A stretch of 63,951 nucleotides of DNA, filler included, from Licmophora abbreviata (GCA_900291995.1; 10 parts of 10 records of this genome joined end to end with filler, not necessarily neighbours in it), one strand, 5' to 3'. Counted from the whole stretch's first letter, positions 34,147 through 46,753 are shown. Notes: generated from the sequence alone by a model not told the origin. Program-made: numbers and translations.

Positions 34147-34735
34147 TGCGATGCTCTGTAAGGCACTGTATTATACATCATAAGTCTAAAATACAGGCGA
34201 AATCTTTTCGACAAGTCCGGCCGGTACGCAATCGCTTCTGATGCTTGGACGATGAACTCTGTACGACGAAAAGTCAAGTAGCATAAGTAGGTTGATTAGA
34301 CTGGCTTGATCTACATGGTATAATTTTGGTTGATGGCCATGGTCTTATAACGGGAGCATCAAGCTTCGCTTCCACATTGCACATTGTTGTGTAGTCTAAA
34401 ACAACAGACGAGCAGATCGAGCCCCTTAGGTACCGGTATCATACCCGGTAAACGACTGCCAAAGTACTGGTGCCGGTGGCGCCTGCAGAGAAAAAATTAC
34501 GTATATATATTCAATCATGGATACGTTTGGATGATCAAAATTTGGCATGTCCCGGCAAAATGCTACATCCGTCACGAGGACATTATATCATCGCAACAAG
34601 AGTCGAGTCGTGTCAATTATCAATCTCACAAGACCCGCGCTCCTCATCTTAGCGTTTTGTTCTCCGGCCAGTCCTTTGGAATACAATGCGTCCATTCCCC
34701 TAGTATTTCCTTCGGTTATTCTGGCTTTCTTCACC

Positions 34736-36769
34736 ATGGGTACGGATATGGCTGTCGTCGACACGGAAGCGGGGCATTCCCTTCCCAATCCGGAGGAGCT
34801 CAAGGTTGACTCTCCGACTGCTGCTAGCACGACAAGCACGCTCAGTTTCGGCAGTTTGCTGCGAAATAAATCGAAACGAAAGTATATTGTCATTGGAGGG
34901 ATTTTCATCGTTGTTTTGGTCTTGATCGTGGGTGTTTCAGTGGGCGTCTCCAACAGTAAAAGCGACGGCGTGGATGCGACCCGCAGCCGTGACATGGCCA
35001 TCAAAGCCTTTTTGAGTCAAGTCACTCCGATTGACCAGCTCCATGACGGATCTAGCCCTCAGGCGATGGCTGGCAGGTGGATTGCCAACCATGATGAACG
35101 CCAGGTGCCTGTGCCGGAGTCGTTGGACGAAGCCACTGTGTTCTTGCAACGTTATGCCTTGGCGGTTATGTACTTTGCCCTGTCGGGTGCGGAGTGGGCC
35201 TACAAACACCACTTCCTCAGCGAACGAGATGAATGTCAGTGGAATGGGGGGTTCAAGGCTGGAACAACCACCTTTCGGCTGGGAGCAGAATGCAACGACC
35301 AGGGAGAAGTAGATTCGCTCTTTCTCAGTAAGTGCACGCCAATATGGGTTTCACAGGAGTGGTAAGGGCATGATTAACTTATTCTACCTCCGTCCTTGAC
35401 TACAGCTGGCAACGGCCTGGCGGGTAGCCTCCCTGCCGAGGTAGGTCTGCTCACAAATCTGGAACATCTTTCCCTCTACCACAATTCAATCACTGGGGAA
35501 CTCCCAGACGAAATGAGGGCTCTCAGTATGCTGAACTTTCTAGCTATGGAGAACAACGCCATCACAGGCGAACTCCCTGCGTGGTTCGGAAATTTTGACC
35601 GCTTGCAGTTCCTCGCCCTAGGCGATAATCTCTTAACGGGGACCATTCCGAGCTCCTTTAGTGGAATGGAGAACCTCATTGAATTGGCACTGGAAGAAAA
35701 TGCACTGGAGGGAGATATTGGCATTCTAAACGTCCTTGCCGAGCTGGAGTCTTTGTTTCTCGAAAACAACCAGTTCACTGGAGAAATCAACGACTCGTTC
35801 TTGGGCAACTTGCGTCTTAAGATATTGGATCTGAGTTCCAACAAGTTCCAAGGAAGTGTGCCAGCTCGGTTCTTCAATGAAAATCTTTTGGAGATTCTAG
35901 ATCTCCATAACAATACACTCAGTGTTGGCATCCCGGACAACCTTGAGACAAACACGCGCCTGACTTTTCTGGCTCTTCACCGCAACGGTTTTGGAGGAAG
36001 TATACCGGACTCGCTGCTGCAGCTCAAAGAGCTGCGTCACCTTGACTTGTCCTTGAACGAAATGACGGGCGACATGCCCGACCTTTTGGGTGACATGACG
36101 AAACTGACGTATTTGTTCTTGGCCGACAATGACTTTACTCCGGGCCCTCTCCCCGACTTATCGGGTATCACTGGTTTGCGCGAATTGTCCGTCAAGAGCA
36201 CCACTCGAACTGGTACCATCCCATCCTACTTTGGAGGAATGACGAGACTGCGTTTGTTGGATCTGATGGATAATTCGTTTGAACAAAAAATTCCTTGGCA
36301 GTTGGGCTCGGCAGCGCAGCTGCATTTCTTGTTGTTGAATGGAAATGACTTGACTGGAACCGTTCCGAAGACTATTGCCCAAAATCTGAGCCATTTGAGT
36401 AAGTTTATGCTACATATCACGTTCAACGTGCGTCAATATGCGAAGAAACCCATCTCACGCCAATTTCACTTTCATCTTGTACGACGTATTTCAGCATTGT
36501 TTCTTGCACACCGGAATGGTCTCCATGGGGATATGGAAGCGTTCTGCCCGCGTTGGGTAGACTCTGTGCAGCTGTCCGCCGACTGTATAGGTGACAATCC
36601 GTTGGTCGACTGTCCGTGCTGCACTATTTGCTGTGAAGGTCCCGAAGACGAAGACTGCGACGAACTCGACTGGCTCGCCAGCTTTGACGGCGACTACGAA
36701 AACGGGTTTGACCGAGACACTTACGTATTTAGCGAGAACATTGAGTTCGTTCCAGCTCAGGAGAGATAA
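34736..36769 (+). CDS. Type II membrane leucine-rich-repeat protein (plant-type LRRs); introns 35328-35405 and 36399-36494
   Basis: TM YIVIGGIFIVVLVLIVGVSVGVS; SPQ..A..W and QRYALAVMYF cap; many LxxLxLxxNxLtGxIP repeats; ADC...CPCCTICC end. Confidence 0.9.
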
Positions 36770-36912
36770 GATGGAGAAGCAGATCGAGTTGAACTCTTTC
36801 GGTGACACCCTAAATGTTATATAGCAGAAAGTGAGGTGCACATGGTGTGCTCTGTACAGCCTCGGCATTCTGGTACCCTAGTTTTCCTTGTGCACCAAAC
36901 ACAGTCACTCGA

Positions 36913-38599
36913 TTAGTCCGCGTCAATTGCGCCATTCGTAGATTTCCACGTCACCCCGTTGACAGCTTTGTCGTTGGTAGGCTCCAGCTCGGTGGGGAAT
37001 ACCTTCATGCTCGCCTTTCCAACCATAATGTCAGCCGTCTTTTGAAGCCTTGTCCAAACACTCTCCTGAACGTAGGGAACACCATACTTTTCACAGATTG
37101 CTTTGAGAAGCGGAGCCCCGCGCTGGTACTGAAGCATTGACAAATCAGGAAAGACTGTAACAAAACGACGACGACGAGTTAGAAAGATATCACAACGCTT
37201 TTCGATCCCATACATAGCACATACCGTGGTGTTCAATCTGGTAGTTTAGCCATCCATGAGAAAAGTCGATCGGGTCGGTTCCAGTCGCGTAGTTCACAGA
37301 GCCAACAATCTGGCGCACATAGAACGAGCCCGTCTTGGGCTTGATTTCATCGTCAAACGTGTACACATCCTCGCCCGCATGGTTAGTGACAACGGTAACA
37401 AAGCCATGAAGATTGGTAAGAAGGTCGGCAAGGATAAGATTGATAATGGCGTGTCCAAACAGAGACGGTCCAACGCCAGGAACAGCCAAAAGTGGTGCCG
37501 GCAACAAGACAAATCGGCTAAAGAAAAAAGGACCGAGGGTCTTCGAGAGAAAGTCCATCGGATTGATCACCTCGCGGAAAGCCCTTTGTGAGGCGTCAAG
37601 AGGCACCAAGAGATTCGTGAACGTCACGGCATCGGTAGTCTTTATATCCTTGGGAAGAGCTTTGCCCTCCTTGCGCCACTGGGCCAGTTCGAGCTCCTTG
37701 TACGTGTTGGGCGCGTAGTAGAACCACTTCCATACGGCCGCCAATAAGCCGACGACCGGGTATTTGAGCGGCGTGGGAAGCTGCATGTCCCGCAGGAATA
37801 CCATGTTACGTTGGACGAGATCCGGATCCTTATTTTCTCCCAGATGATAGTGGTGAAGNNNNNNNNNNNNNNNNNNNNNNNNNNNNNNNNNNNNNNNNNN
37901 NNTTAATTAATTAANNNNNNNNNNNNNNNNNNNNNNNNNNNNNNNNNNNNNNNNNNNNACCATGTTACGTTGGACGAGATCCGGATCCTTATTTTCTCCC
38001 AGATGATAGTGGTGAAGACGATTGTGCTCCACGTTCCAAGCCTCAGGCATGATCCAATCACACCAGTCCTGGAGACGTCGAGACACAGTGCTGAGGGCAA
38101 AGCCTCGACTGTTATACTTGCCTGCATCAACACGATTGTATCCACCGTGACAGGTGTGATGAGCAATCATCACCCAGCTAGAATAGGTCCAAGTTGAGAG
38201 AGCGGCAACGGTGATTGGGTTGGGCGTCGTCCACATGGTGGCGATGCCTACGAACGCGGCAATGTCTCGCCATAGGACCATCTTTTCAAGATGCTTCACG
38301 TCTGCCTCTCCTGTTTCCTGCAGTAGCTGCTTGCCAAGGGCATTGACTTCCTTGGCAAAGCCATCGTAGTCAAGATTAGCGACCCACTCGTGCTCGGGAA
38401 GAACTTGCTTGTTCTGTCGCGAAGCGGCCGTCGGAAACGTATCGTCTCCGGGTGCATCGAGTGGGACCGCAATGGCTTTCGTCGCTACTGTATGAGTCGA
38501 GGTTTTGCGCACAACACGAGGAGGCGACACGTTCAAGGCACTAGTACAGCATGTGAGAGCCGCCACAAAGGCCACGACAAGAGTGTTTCTGGTCGTCAT
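36913..38599 (-). CDS. Membrane fatty-acid desaturase, bacterial DesA3-like with no cytochrome b5 domain; likely plastid-targeted; intron 37155-37224; spans gap
   Basis: His boxes HHTCH, HNRLHH, QIEHH; signal peptide MTTRNTLVVAFVAALTCCTSA-L; the gap flanks duplicate 59 nt, so the gene is contiguous. Confidence 0.88.
37859..37958. other. Artificial gap spacer between overlapping contigs
   Basis: 37800-37858 is repeated exactly at 37959-38017. Confidence 0.95.
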
Positions 38600-39066
38600 G
38601 TCGATCCTTACCTGCTGCCCGAAGCTGTGCGGAACCACAAAAGCCGACGACGACGAGAATTGACGCATGTGGCGAAACTTGAAACTTCGAGACTTCGCCC
38701 CACGTTGAACGTGCGTACTGGCACAGCGCGGTACAAGTACAGACCTCTTGTCGGAAGCAAATTTCCTTTCCGGGTTTTCCAACTGTGTTTGTGTGTGTAC
38801 CTCGTACACCGGTGGTATTCACAACTCATCACAGTCCACTCACTTATGGCAGGTACACACGTGAACGGGCTTACTTTTTTCATTGAATTCATATCTATTC
38901 AGGCCCGAATACATATCCGAAGGTACCTTAGATGCCATCCAGATCGTCCGTGAATCGATTTGTCCATTTTCGAACGAGAGTGTCGCGTAATGGCGCCTCT
39001 AGCCGTAGCACGATGTTGTCAGTCAAGGTGAACCCTCACAGTATTGTTCCTCGTGTATTGCATGTC

Positions 39067-40368
39067 ATGACGGGAATGATGTCAACACGAAATCATCAAG
39101 CAAGGGCGCCCATCGAAGGAGCATGGAGGTGGTTCTTTCTTCTTTGCGCACTCGGAACAACCTGGATGTGGGCGAACTTCACGCTGCCGCTCCTAGCCAG
39201 TCAGCGGGCATCCATGTTGAGGATCAACTCTTGTTTGCAAGGATGTCCGCATGAAGCTGAGAAACTTATGGTTCCTAAGGAGCTTCCAGTGAAAATTGAT
39301 GCGCCTCGCGATCCTTGCTCCGGATACGACGGGGTGCTTCGGATCCGAAGCGGTGACGCCGGAGCCGCAGCGGGAACAGTCTTCTATATCTACATGGCCA
39401 ATCACCTGATCTATGCAGAGATGCACAATCTCCTACCGTGGATTCATCTGGATAACACATCGCATCGAATTTATGATCCAAAAGTCCATGGTGTTGGCTC
39501 ACAATTGCTCCGCATGCATACTGGCGACATCCCCTCGGATGAAGAGACCCACCCGCTCGATCCGACTCCGCTGTCTGTCGAGAAGCTGGAGAGAGAGGAT
39601 CTGAAAATCAATTTTACTTTAACTGGCAATGGCGTCTGGGACTCCTACTTTGAGCCAGTGTCAGAGTTTTCTCCTTCCCTCAGCAGGACCTGCTGGACGA
39701 ACAAACCCTTGTACGAGATCCACTACAACCAAATTGTGCTGGGTCTACATGGCGGTGTAGACTGGGGCATTCGAGCCTGGCCATACGGAAAGATAGGCGA
39801 CGAACAAAAGAAATTGACGGTAAGGGAGTGGTACCGACCCATGCGTCGACGCGCGGCGTCCATGGTGAGACGATACATCCGGCCGAAGGCTTGGCTGAAG
39901 GAAGCAGCTGACAAATTAAACCCACTCAAGGGTGATCAACAATGCATGGCTATGCATGTGAGAACAACCGACAAGGGTTTGAGCGGTGGTCGGGCTGAAG
40001 TGTCTCTAGACCAGTATCTACCGCATGCTGAGTCGTTCTTGGAAAAGTTCGGTGCGAACAGCACCCTTTTCCTAGCGACGGACTCATCCCAGACCCTCGA
40101 AAACATCAAGAAAGAGTGGCCATCGAACATTTCAGGCCGCGTGAGAAGCCAGGAGAGTGCAGTGCGGTCCAGCTCGAAGGATCCCACCTTTGATATTGCT
40201 TCGCACGATCGAACCAATCGTGAGGTGTTGGCGGAGATCTATGCAATGGCTAAGTGCAAGTTCATGATTCATGGCCGATCTGCAGTGTCGGAGTCAGTGC
40301 TGTACATCAATCCAGATATGCGAGAGGCGAGTGTGGACTTGGAAGGTGATATCCGCTTGATGGAATAG
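39067..40368 (+). CDS. NodZ/GT23-like fucosyltransferase, tandem copy 1 (type II membrane)
   Basis: TM near N-terminus; GDAGAAAGT, MHVRTTDK, LFLATDS, EIYAMAKCKFMIHGRSAVSE (fucosyltransferase motifs I-III). Confidence 0.78.
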   Translation: MTGMMSTRNHQARAPIEGAWRWFFLLCALGTTWMWANFTLPLLASQRASMLRINSCLQGCPHEAEKLMVPKELPVKIDAPRDPCSGYDGVLRIRSGDAGAAAGTVFYIYMANHLIYAEMHNLLPWIHLDNTSHRIYDPKVHGVGSQLLRMHTGDIPSDEETHPLDPTPLSVEKLEREDLKINFTLTGNGVWDSYFEPVSEFSPSLSRTCWTNKPLYEIHYNQIVLGLHGGVDWGIRAWPYGKIGDEQKKLTVREWYRPMRRRAASMVRRYIRPKAWLKEAADKLNPLKGDQQCMAMHVRTTDKGLSGGRAEVSLDQYLPHAESFLEKFGANSTLFLATDSSQTLENIKKEWPSNISGRVRSQESAVRSSSKDPTFDIASHDRTNREVLAEIYAMAKCKFMIHGRSAVSESVLYINPDMREASVDLEGDIRLME

Positions 40369-41159
40369 CATGGAAGATTGCGACTGTCGTCTCTAGTCCG
40401 ATGCTGTGCAGGTTGGCTTTGTGATCAAGATGTTTCACCTAGCGGGTGCCGGGGTACGACTGTGATTGACACTGGGCCAATATACGTTATACTTGTGTCA
40501 GAGAGAAATAAATATCGTAACGTGCATCTATAATATGTCATTCTCTAACTTTACAGTTCTGTCGTTCTGAATGGTGGAGTCTGTGATCACACCTAGATCT
40601 GTTCGAGAAAGATGTGGAGCTATCTTCGATACACGAGCGCCGACGTGCCTCTGTAAATTCGTTGTTGCTTTTTTACAGCTGGTCATCAGTGCGCCGTAAG
40701 TCGGCAGAACGCACACCTGGTAGACGCGGTGCTACTAAATGATGAGCTAGTCTACCTGGTATCAATACGGTAGATACCGGTAGGGGGTTGTGACCGATTG
40801 TGGCTATCGTACAAGTACGAAAAGAATCTCTGTGTGAGAGATGTCGAAGAAAACTCAGCGCTCGTGTATGATATGGGGCTATGGTGACTACAAATCAGAC
40901 GCGATGCGTACGCTAAAAATATTCGACTTTTGGCGATGAAGTTGAGACGCGCGCAGAAAAAGTGGACATCACCATGATGATGATGGCTAGCTAGGGAACA
41001 GTGGAACCGCATTGCATATACTCCTGCCGAATTGGTTCGACCTGCGCACCCCGACACATGAAAATCTATCGAGAATTAGTGAAAGAAATGAAAGAGGAAA
41101 TGAAGGCTTAGTGACTTTCTTTGCCGAAAGAATCGAAACAGAGCTATTTTCTATTTGAA

Positions 41160-42428
41160 ATGAGCAAGACTCATCCCCACCAGCGCACTGGTGGATCTCG
41201 GACGCTGTCAAAGGTAGCAGGGGTCTTCTTCTTCATTGCAGCAATAACAAGCTGGTCGATTGCTCTTCATGATCATGGTCCTTCTCAGAAAACGACCCTC
41301 GCGCACGAACTCGAGAGACAGAAAGTCGTTCTGAAGCGGGATCCTTGCCACGGCTACGACGGCGTTCTTCGGATTCGCAGTGGTGACATTGGAGCTGCTG
41401 CGGCCACTGTGTTTTTCATTTACGTTATAAATCACTTGATCTATGCTGATGCGCACAATCTGCTGCCCTGGATTCATTTGGACAATACGTCGCATCGCAT
41501 CTATGATGGTGTTGTGCACGGGATGGGCCGGACGCACTCGTTTCGAATGGTTAAGGGCTATGTTCCTCCAGGGTGGAGACCAGGCGTTCCACGTGACCCT
41601 GTTCCGCTTTCGCCTTTGCAGATTGAGAACGGGACCGAAATAGTAACGATCGAGGGAAATGGCGTCTGGGAGTCCTACTTTGAACCTGTTTCCAGATTCT
41701 CGCCCTCCAGGAACAGCACTTGTTGGACCCCCAAGCCTCTTTATGAGATCAACTACAATCAAGTCGTTACTGGTCTCCACGGACAGGCATCCTGGGCTCT
41801 TCAAACGTGGCTGTACAATGACTTGCGAAAAGATCAAGAGGATCAGGTAATGAGAGATTGGTACCGACCGATGCGTCGACGCGGGGCGTCGTTTGTGCGC
41901 AGATTCGTAAAGCCAAAGTCATGGTTGCTGCATGCTGCTAATGAGGCCAACCCGTTGAGAGGTGGACATCAGTGTATTGCATTGCATGTAAGAACAACGG
42001 ACAAGTACTTGAGCGGCATGCGGGATGAAATTCCGATGAGAGAGTACCTCCCGCACGTCCAAGAGTTCCTGCAGAAGACAGACAAGCATGGGATTGTTTT
42101 TGTTGCCACAGACTCGTCCACGACTTTTCGAACCATCCAAGAGGAGTGGCCCTCCGAGATTGCCAGACGTGTCCGGTCCCAAGCAAATGCCGTTCGGTCT
42201 AACTCTTCAGATCCTGTCTTTGACTTGGCTTCCCACCACCGGACCAATAAGGAGGTCTTGATCGATATCTATGCAATGGCAAAATGCTCATTGTTGGTAC
42301 ACGGTAGATCTTCTGTGTCAGAAGCAGTCTTGTACGTCAATCCTGACATGAGGGAAGAAAGCGTTGACTTGGAAGACGATAGCTTGTTGATGAAGGATGT
42401 GATTTTGAAACAACGGGAAGGTAGGTAG
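41160..42428 (+). CDS. NodZ/GT23-like fucosyltransferase, tandem copy 2
   Basis: LHVRTTDK, VFVATDS, DIYAMAKCSLLVHGRSSVSE; colinear with copy 1. Confidence 0.78.
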   Translation: MSKTHPHQRTGGSRTLSKVAGVFFFIAAITSWSIALHDHGPSQKTTLAHELERQKVVLKRDPCHGYDGVLRIRSGDIGAAAATVFFIYVINHLIYADAHNLLPWIHLDNTSHRIYDGVVHGMGRTHSFRMVKGYVPPGWRPGVPRDPVPLSPLQIENGTEIVTIEGNGVWESYFEPVSRFSPSRNSTCWTPKPLYEINYNQVVTGLHGQASWALQTWLYNDLRKDQEDQVMRDWYRPMRRRGASFVRRFVKPKSWLLHAANEANPLRGGHQCIALHVRTTDKYLSGMRDEIPMREYLPHVQEFLQKTDKHGIVFVATDSSTTFRTIQEEWPSEIARRVRSQANAVRSNSSDPVFDLASHHRTNKEVLIDIYAMAKCSLLVHGRSSVSEAVLYVNPDMREESVDLEDDSLLMKDVILKQREGR

Positions 42429-42907
42429 CTCATTTCATTTATATATCTTGTAAAACGGTGTAGTATTGCGACAGAAACAATTTGATCCCTTTCAGTCAGG
42501 TCGTAGAACTAGAAGAGACGGTCCGTTGCTTGTGTTGTAGACAATCCATAGAGAGTGTCTTGCATCGATTTAGCATATCGTGCTACAAGGGTACTGATGA
42601 AGCGTCATGCTAGGTGGTCGGCTGGCGCGCGCATGCGTGGGCTTCATTTTTTATGCGTGATGTGTGATGTCAAGATGACGAGTTGAGCGTTGAGAGCGTT
42701 ACGCGGACACCTCAATCTTGCTTGTGAACGACGCGCCGATGAGGGAACAACCCAACCGCCGTTCTCAGCGTGTCGCCGCTCCTGAGGAATCCACTTCTTT
42801 TAACTTGCAGTGACACCCCTGAAACAAACCAAGCCGACCGCTACGAAGGCCTCTAGGATGCGTCGATGCTGTTTCTTCAAGAGTAATCGTCTCTTGAAAA
42901 ATAATCA

Positions 42908-44182
42908 ATGAACAAAAAATCAAAGCGTCGCTCCCACCACCGGGCGTTTCCAGGCGCGGTCCTGTCCTTGTTTTGCCTCATCAGCTTCTTAGCTCACTGG
43001 ATGAGTACACCTTCTACGTTTAGCACTGAGCGGATTATGTCCGATTCTCCTGTCCGCTGTCCCGAGGTCGTGCCTGTCGCTCAGCAAACTGAGCCCCCAA
43101 AACTTGATGATGACGGTGATGTGTGCGCTGGATACGACGGGGTGCTTCGGATACGGCGTGGCGACGAGGGGGCTGCAGCCGGTACTGTCTTCTTCGTGTA
43201 CATGGTAAACTACTTGATCTATGCAGAAATGTACAACTTACTGCCCTGGGTCCATCTCGATGGAACCTCGGAGCGCGTCTACGATCCTGAAATCCATGAA
43301 AGCGGTTCCCCCGTCAAATTTCGGATGATAACTGGAACTATCAAGAATGGCGAGCGTGAGATTCCCCGTGGACCGAAGCCTCCGTCCCGCAAGGCTAAGA
43401 AAAAGATGCATGGAATTACCGGAAATGGCGTGTGGGAGTCGTACTTTGAGCCTCTGTCGGAGTTTTCTCCTAGAAGGAACCGCACTTGCTCTTCCAGCAA
43501 ACCGCTCTACGAAATGGACATGGAAGGATTGGCGGGAGGCATGCACCTTGAAGCGCATTGGGCCGTTCGGGCTTGGATCTATGGAGACATTGAAAAGAAG
43601 GACCGACAGCAATCCATACGGGATTGGTACCGGCCCATGCGCCAGCGTGCAGCGTCTATAGTGCGAAGGTACATTCGACCAAAGCCATGGTTGCTAAGCG
43701 CAGTAGAACAGGTCAACCCACTGGAGGAGGGTCAACACTGCATTGCAATGCATGTGAGGACGACCGACAAGGAGCTCAGTGGTGGACGGAGTGTTATTTC
43801 GTTGGAAGAGTATCTGCCGAAGGTTCAAGAACTTATGAAAAAGTTTGGCGAAACGAGCATTATTTTCCTGGCAACGGACTCTGCCGAGACTCTGAAAACC
43901 ATCAAACGAAAATGGCCCTCTGAAGTAGTGACTCAAGTACGCTCTCAGGCGAGTGCGGTTAACTCAAAGTCATCGGATCCGGTATTTGATCTAGCCTCTC
44001 ACCACCGAACCAACACTGAGGTGCTGACGGACATTTACTCCATGGCAAAGTGCTCCGTTCTGATTCACGGTCGATCTGCAGTGTCTGAGTCAGTCTTATA
44101 CATCAATCCAGATATACGGGAGCGCAGCATTGATGTTGAGGACGATGAGCAATTCGTGGAGGACTTGGGTTTCTGGGACTGA
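42908..44182 (+). CDS. NodZ/GT23-like fucosyltransferase, tandem copy 3
   Basis: MHVRTTDK, IFLATDS, DIYSMAKCSVLIHGRSAVSE; colinear with copies 1-2. Confidence 0.78.
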   Translation: MNKKSKRRSHHRAFPGAVLSLFCLISFLAHWMSTPSTFSTERIMSDSPVRCPEVVPVAQQTEPPKLDDDGDVCAGYDGVLRIRRGDEGAAAGTVFFVYMVNYLIYAEMYNLLPWVHLDGTSERVYDPEIHESGSPVKFRMITGTIKNGEREIPRGPKPPSRKAKKKMHGITGNGVWESYFEPLSEFSPRRNRTCSSSKPLYEMDMEGLAGGMHLEAHWAVRAWIYGDIEKKDRQQSIRDWYRPMRQRAASIVRRYIRPKPWLLSAVEQVNPLEEGQHCIAMHVRTTDKELSGGRSVISLEEYLPKVQELMKKFGETSIIFLATDSAETLKTIKRKWPSEVVTQVRSQASAVNSKSSDPVFDLASHHRTNTEVLTDIYSMAKCSVLIHGRSAVSESVLYINPDIRERSIDVEDDEQFVEDLGFWD

Positions 44183-44297
44183 AGTTTGAATACGTCGTAC
44201 TGTAATTTCAAATTGATGTGTTATAGTTGCCTTTGTTTCAACAGCTGCTTCAGCACTCCACGAGCCACAAACATTGCTTTCTTCCCTCCAACTCTCT

Positions 44298-46288
44298 CTA
44301 GATACAGCTTCGTGCATAGGGCTCCTTGAAATCTCGCTGGTGCACCCCTTATATACAGAGGAGTCGCCAAAAAGGTACAATGTCTAGGCGTCAGTAAGAC
44401 GGTTTGGGCGCATTTAGCTCGATCACCATATCATTCACACTTACATGCATTGGCCCCGTATTTCAGACCCTTCTCGACTGGCAGTGCCTGATGTTCCGTT
44501 CGGGCATCCTTGCTATTGGGGAACTCGTCGAGAACACTGGGCCCTGTGGACGCGTGGCAGCGACGGGGGAAATCAGATTCAGATGGAAAAGGAAACGTAT
44601 ACCTGCCCAGGCGCCACACTTACATATCAGAGCCTTGCCTCGCTTTGGCATGACGGTTATATCGAGCTCGGGGAAGTTGGTCCCCCCACCTTCCTCAACG
44701 TCTGACAAGTAAAGGTAAACGGTAAGGATTCGAACACCCTCAGGACGGTCTATTTGGTAATCGATGTAGTCGTGGTGTTGCTGTGCATTAGGGGCGACGC
44801 AGTCGAGGTCAGTGCGCAATAGTCAGAAAGACCCGCCTCGCCAAGACTCTCCAATTGTCCGGTGAGATGCACGTACAAACGTACCTGATAGAACTGCCCG
44901 ATGTCGTACTGAAGTAACTGAAGGAATTCATTGTTTGGCTCGGGCACGCCCGTGACATTGACAATCTTGTCCAGCACCTTAGCAACTGCTGGGTCCTTGA
45001 AACAACTGTCGTTGCACCTGCCAGTCATACAATATTTTGGATTTGAGAACCGCATCTGCGTTGGAGACTGCCCTCCACTCTATATGTCCACGACAACTTA
45101 CCAGGCGTTCAAACTCGTGCGACCAGCATTTCGGAACGAAGAGAACGTGCCATCGAAATTCTCCTCTCCGACATCCTCAGATCTCGCGTAGCCTTCGTTC
45201 GCTCCATGCTTGATGAGCAGTTCGCACTCCTCTTCCGTGACAAAATCCTCCAGCGTCACCACCCATGGCCCTTCCCGGGGAGTCGGAGCACTCTCCTGCG
45301 TATTCGCGGCAATCACGAGCGGTTCTGGTCGTGAATGAATCACTGGCTTGTACTGAGCATAAGCAGGATCCGTCGTGAGCCGTTCAAATAGCCGATTCAA
45401 GTCTCCCGGCTTGAGCGCATCGGGGGTCTCTTCGGGATCCCAAGGACAGCGCACGTCAAACGAAATCTTGTCACACGTTTTACACGATGGGGCACATTGC
45501 AGCGTCATAAAAGGCGGGTTCGCTTCGCATTCGCCCGACAGGGCCCAAAAGGCGCATTGCGAGTTTCGGTTTCGGCATTGATCTCGAACTGATTCATAAG
45601 CTGGGTCTTCGAACACGACATTTCTCATGTAGTCTTCCATCTCCTCGATAAGCTTCTGTGTCTTGTCGGCACTGTTACCTGCGGCTTCCTGCTTTACGCC
45701 AAACTCGGTTTCGGTAATGTCGCTACAGAAGAAGGAGGATGGTGTCAACATTAATAACACGCTCAGACGTATCATAGCAGCGGTCCGGAGCCAAGGAACT
45801 TACATGTCACCTGCCTGATCTTTCACCTTCTCGTCAATCAGCTTCTTGATTGCACCTGGTGTCATTCTTTCGTGCATCCAACACACAGCAAACAAAAGAA
45901 TCATAGGTGAGTGACTCTTGAGTCAGTCCTCGGAGTCGGTCAACCACCAATTTCTAGCACCAAAAATCAAAATTTCTCTGATCATGGCCACTTACGAGCA
46001 AGTTTTGCAACTGACACGACAATTCTGAAGCATGTATTTTGGATTGGAACCGCATTCGCCTGATTCAGCCCAAAAACTGCACGCTGGATTTGAGTCCTCA
46101 CATTCGGCATCATTGCTGTCGGTGGTCAGAAGAGCGGGCTTTCCGTCGTCAACGCACGATCCTTCTTGACCCACAACACAGGTTTCGGATTCTACCGAGG
46201 CATAGGCCACCCGACAGGCAATCTGCAACGTCGCCAAGAGCAGGAAGGAACAGAACTGGCGTTGGATACAAACCATGGTCATGGTCAT
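44298..46288 (-). CDS. Prolyl 4-hydroxylase (2OG-Fe(II)) with two ShKT domains, copy A; 7 exons
   Basis: Signal peptide; two ShKT domains (C..WAxSGECxxNPxxMxxxCxxSCxxC); PWVVTLEDF, RTSLNAW, HHDY, RILTVYLYL, HQALPV, KYGANAW; six GT-AG introns; ends WVHQRDFKEPYARSCI*. Confidence 0.88.
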
Positions 46289-46465
46289 CAATGCAAAAAA
46301 ATATGGAAACACCCGATCCGCGCCCTTAGCGCTCGTGAATGAAAAAGTGTTGTGGGTATGGCGCGCGAGGTCTCAGCGTTCGTGCGAGCTCATTGCGGCA
46401 AAAGATCCAACGGCGCTATCAGTAGACTCTACTCGTACCGGTTGACCGGTTGGTCTAGAAAGAAA

Positions 46466-46565
46466 NNNNNNNNNNNNNNNNNNNNNNNNNNNNNNNNNNN
46501 NNNNNNNNNTTAATTAATTAANNNNNNNNNNNNNNNNNNNNNNNNNNNNNNNNNNNNNNNNNNNN
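46466..46565. other. Artificial gap spacer with near-duplicated flanks
   Basis: 46411-46465 recurs with small differences at 46569-46617. Confidence 0.9.
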
Positions 46566-46753
46566 CATCGGCGCTATTAGTAGAGACCCTACTCGTACCG
46601 GTTGGTCTAGAAAGAAAAGTATGGAAGAGCACCGGTACAGGAAAAGAAAGACGCAATACCAGCAAAGTATAAACCTAAGACTCCTGCAGCATTCTAGATG
46701 GATCACGCACGGAGCCCTTGAGGCAATACGGTGTGAAAAATGCATCACCAGCA

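Noticed and set aside
37800..38017. Apparent 59-bp direct repeat / two desaturase genes
   Set aside because: Exact overlap of adjacent contig ends; collapsing it gives one continuous gene
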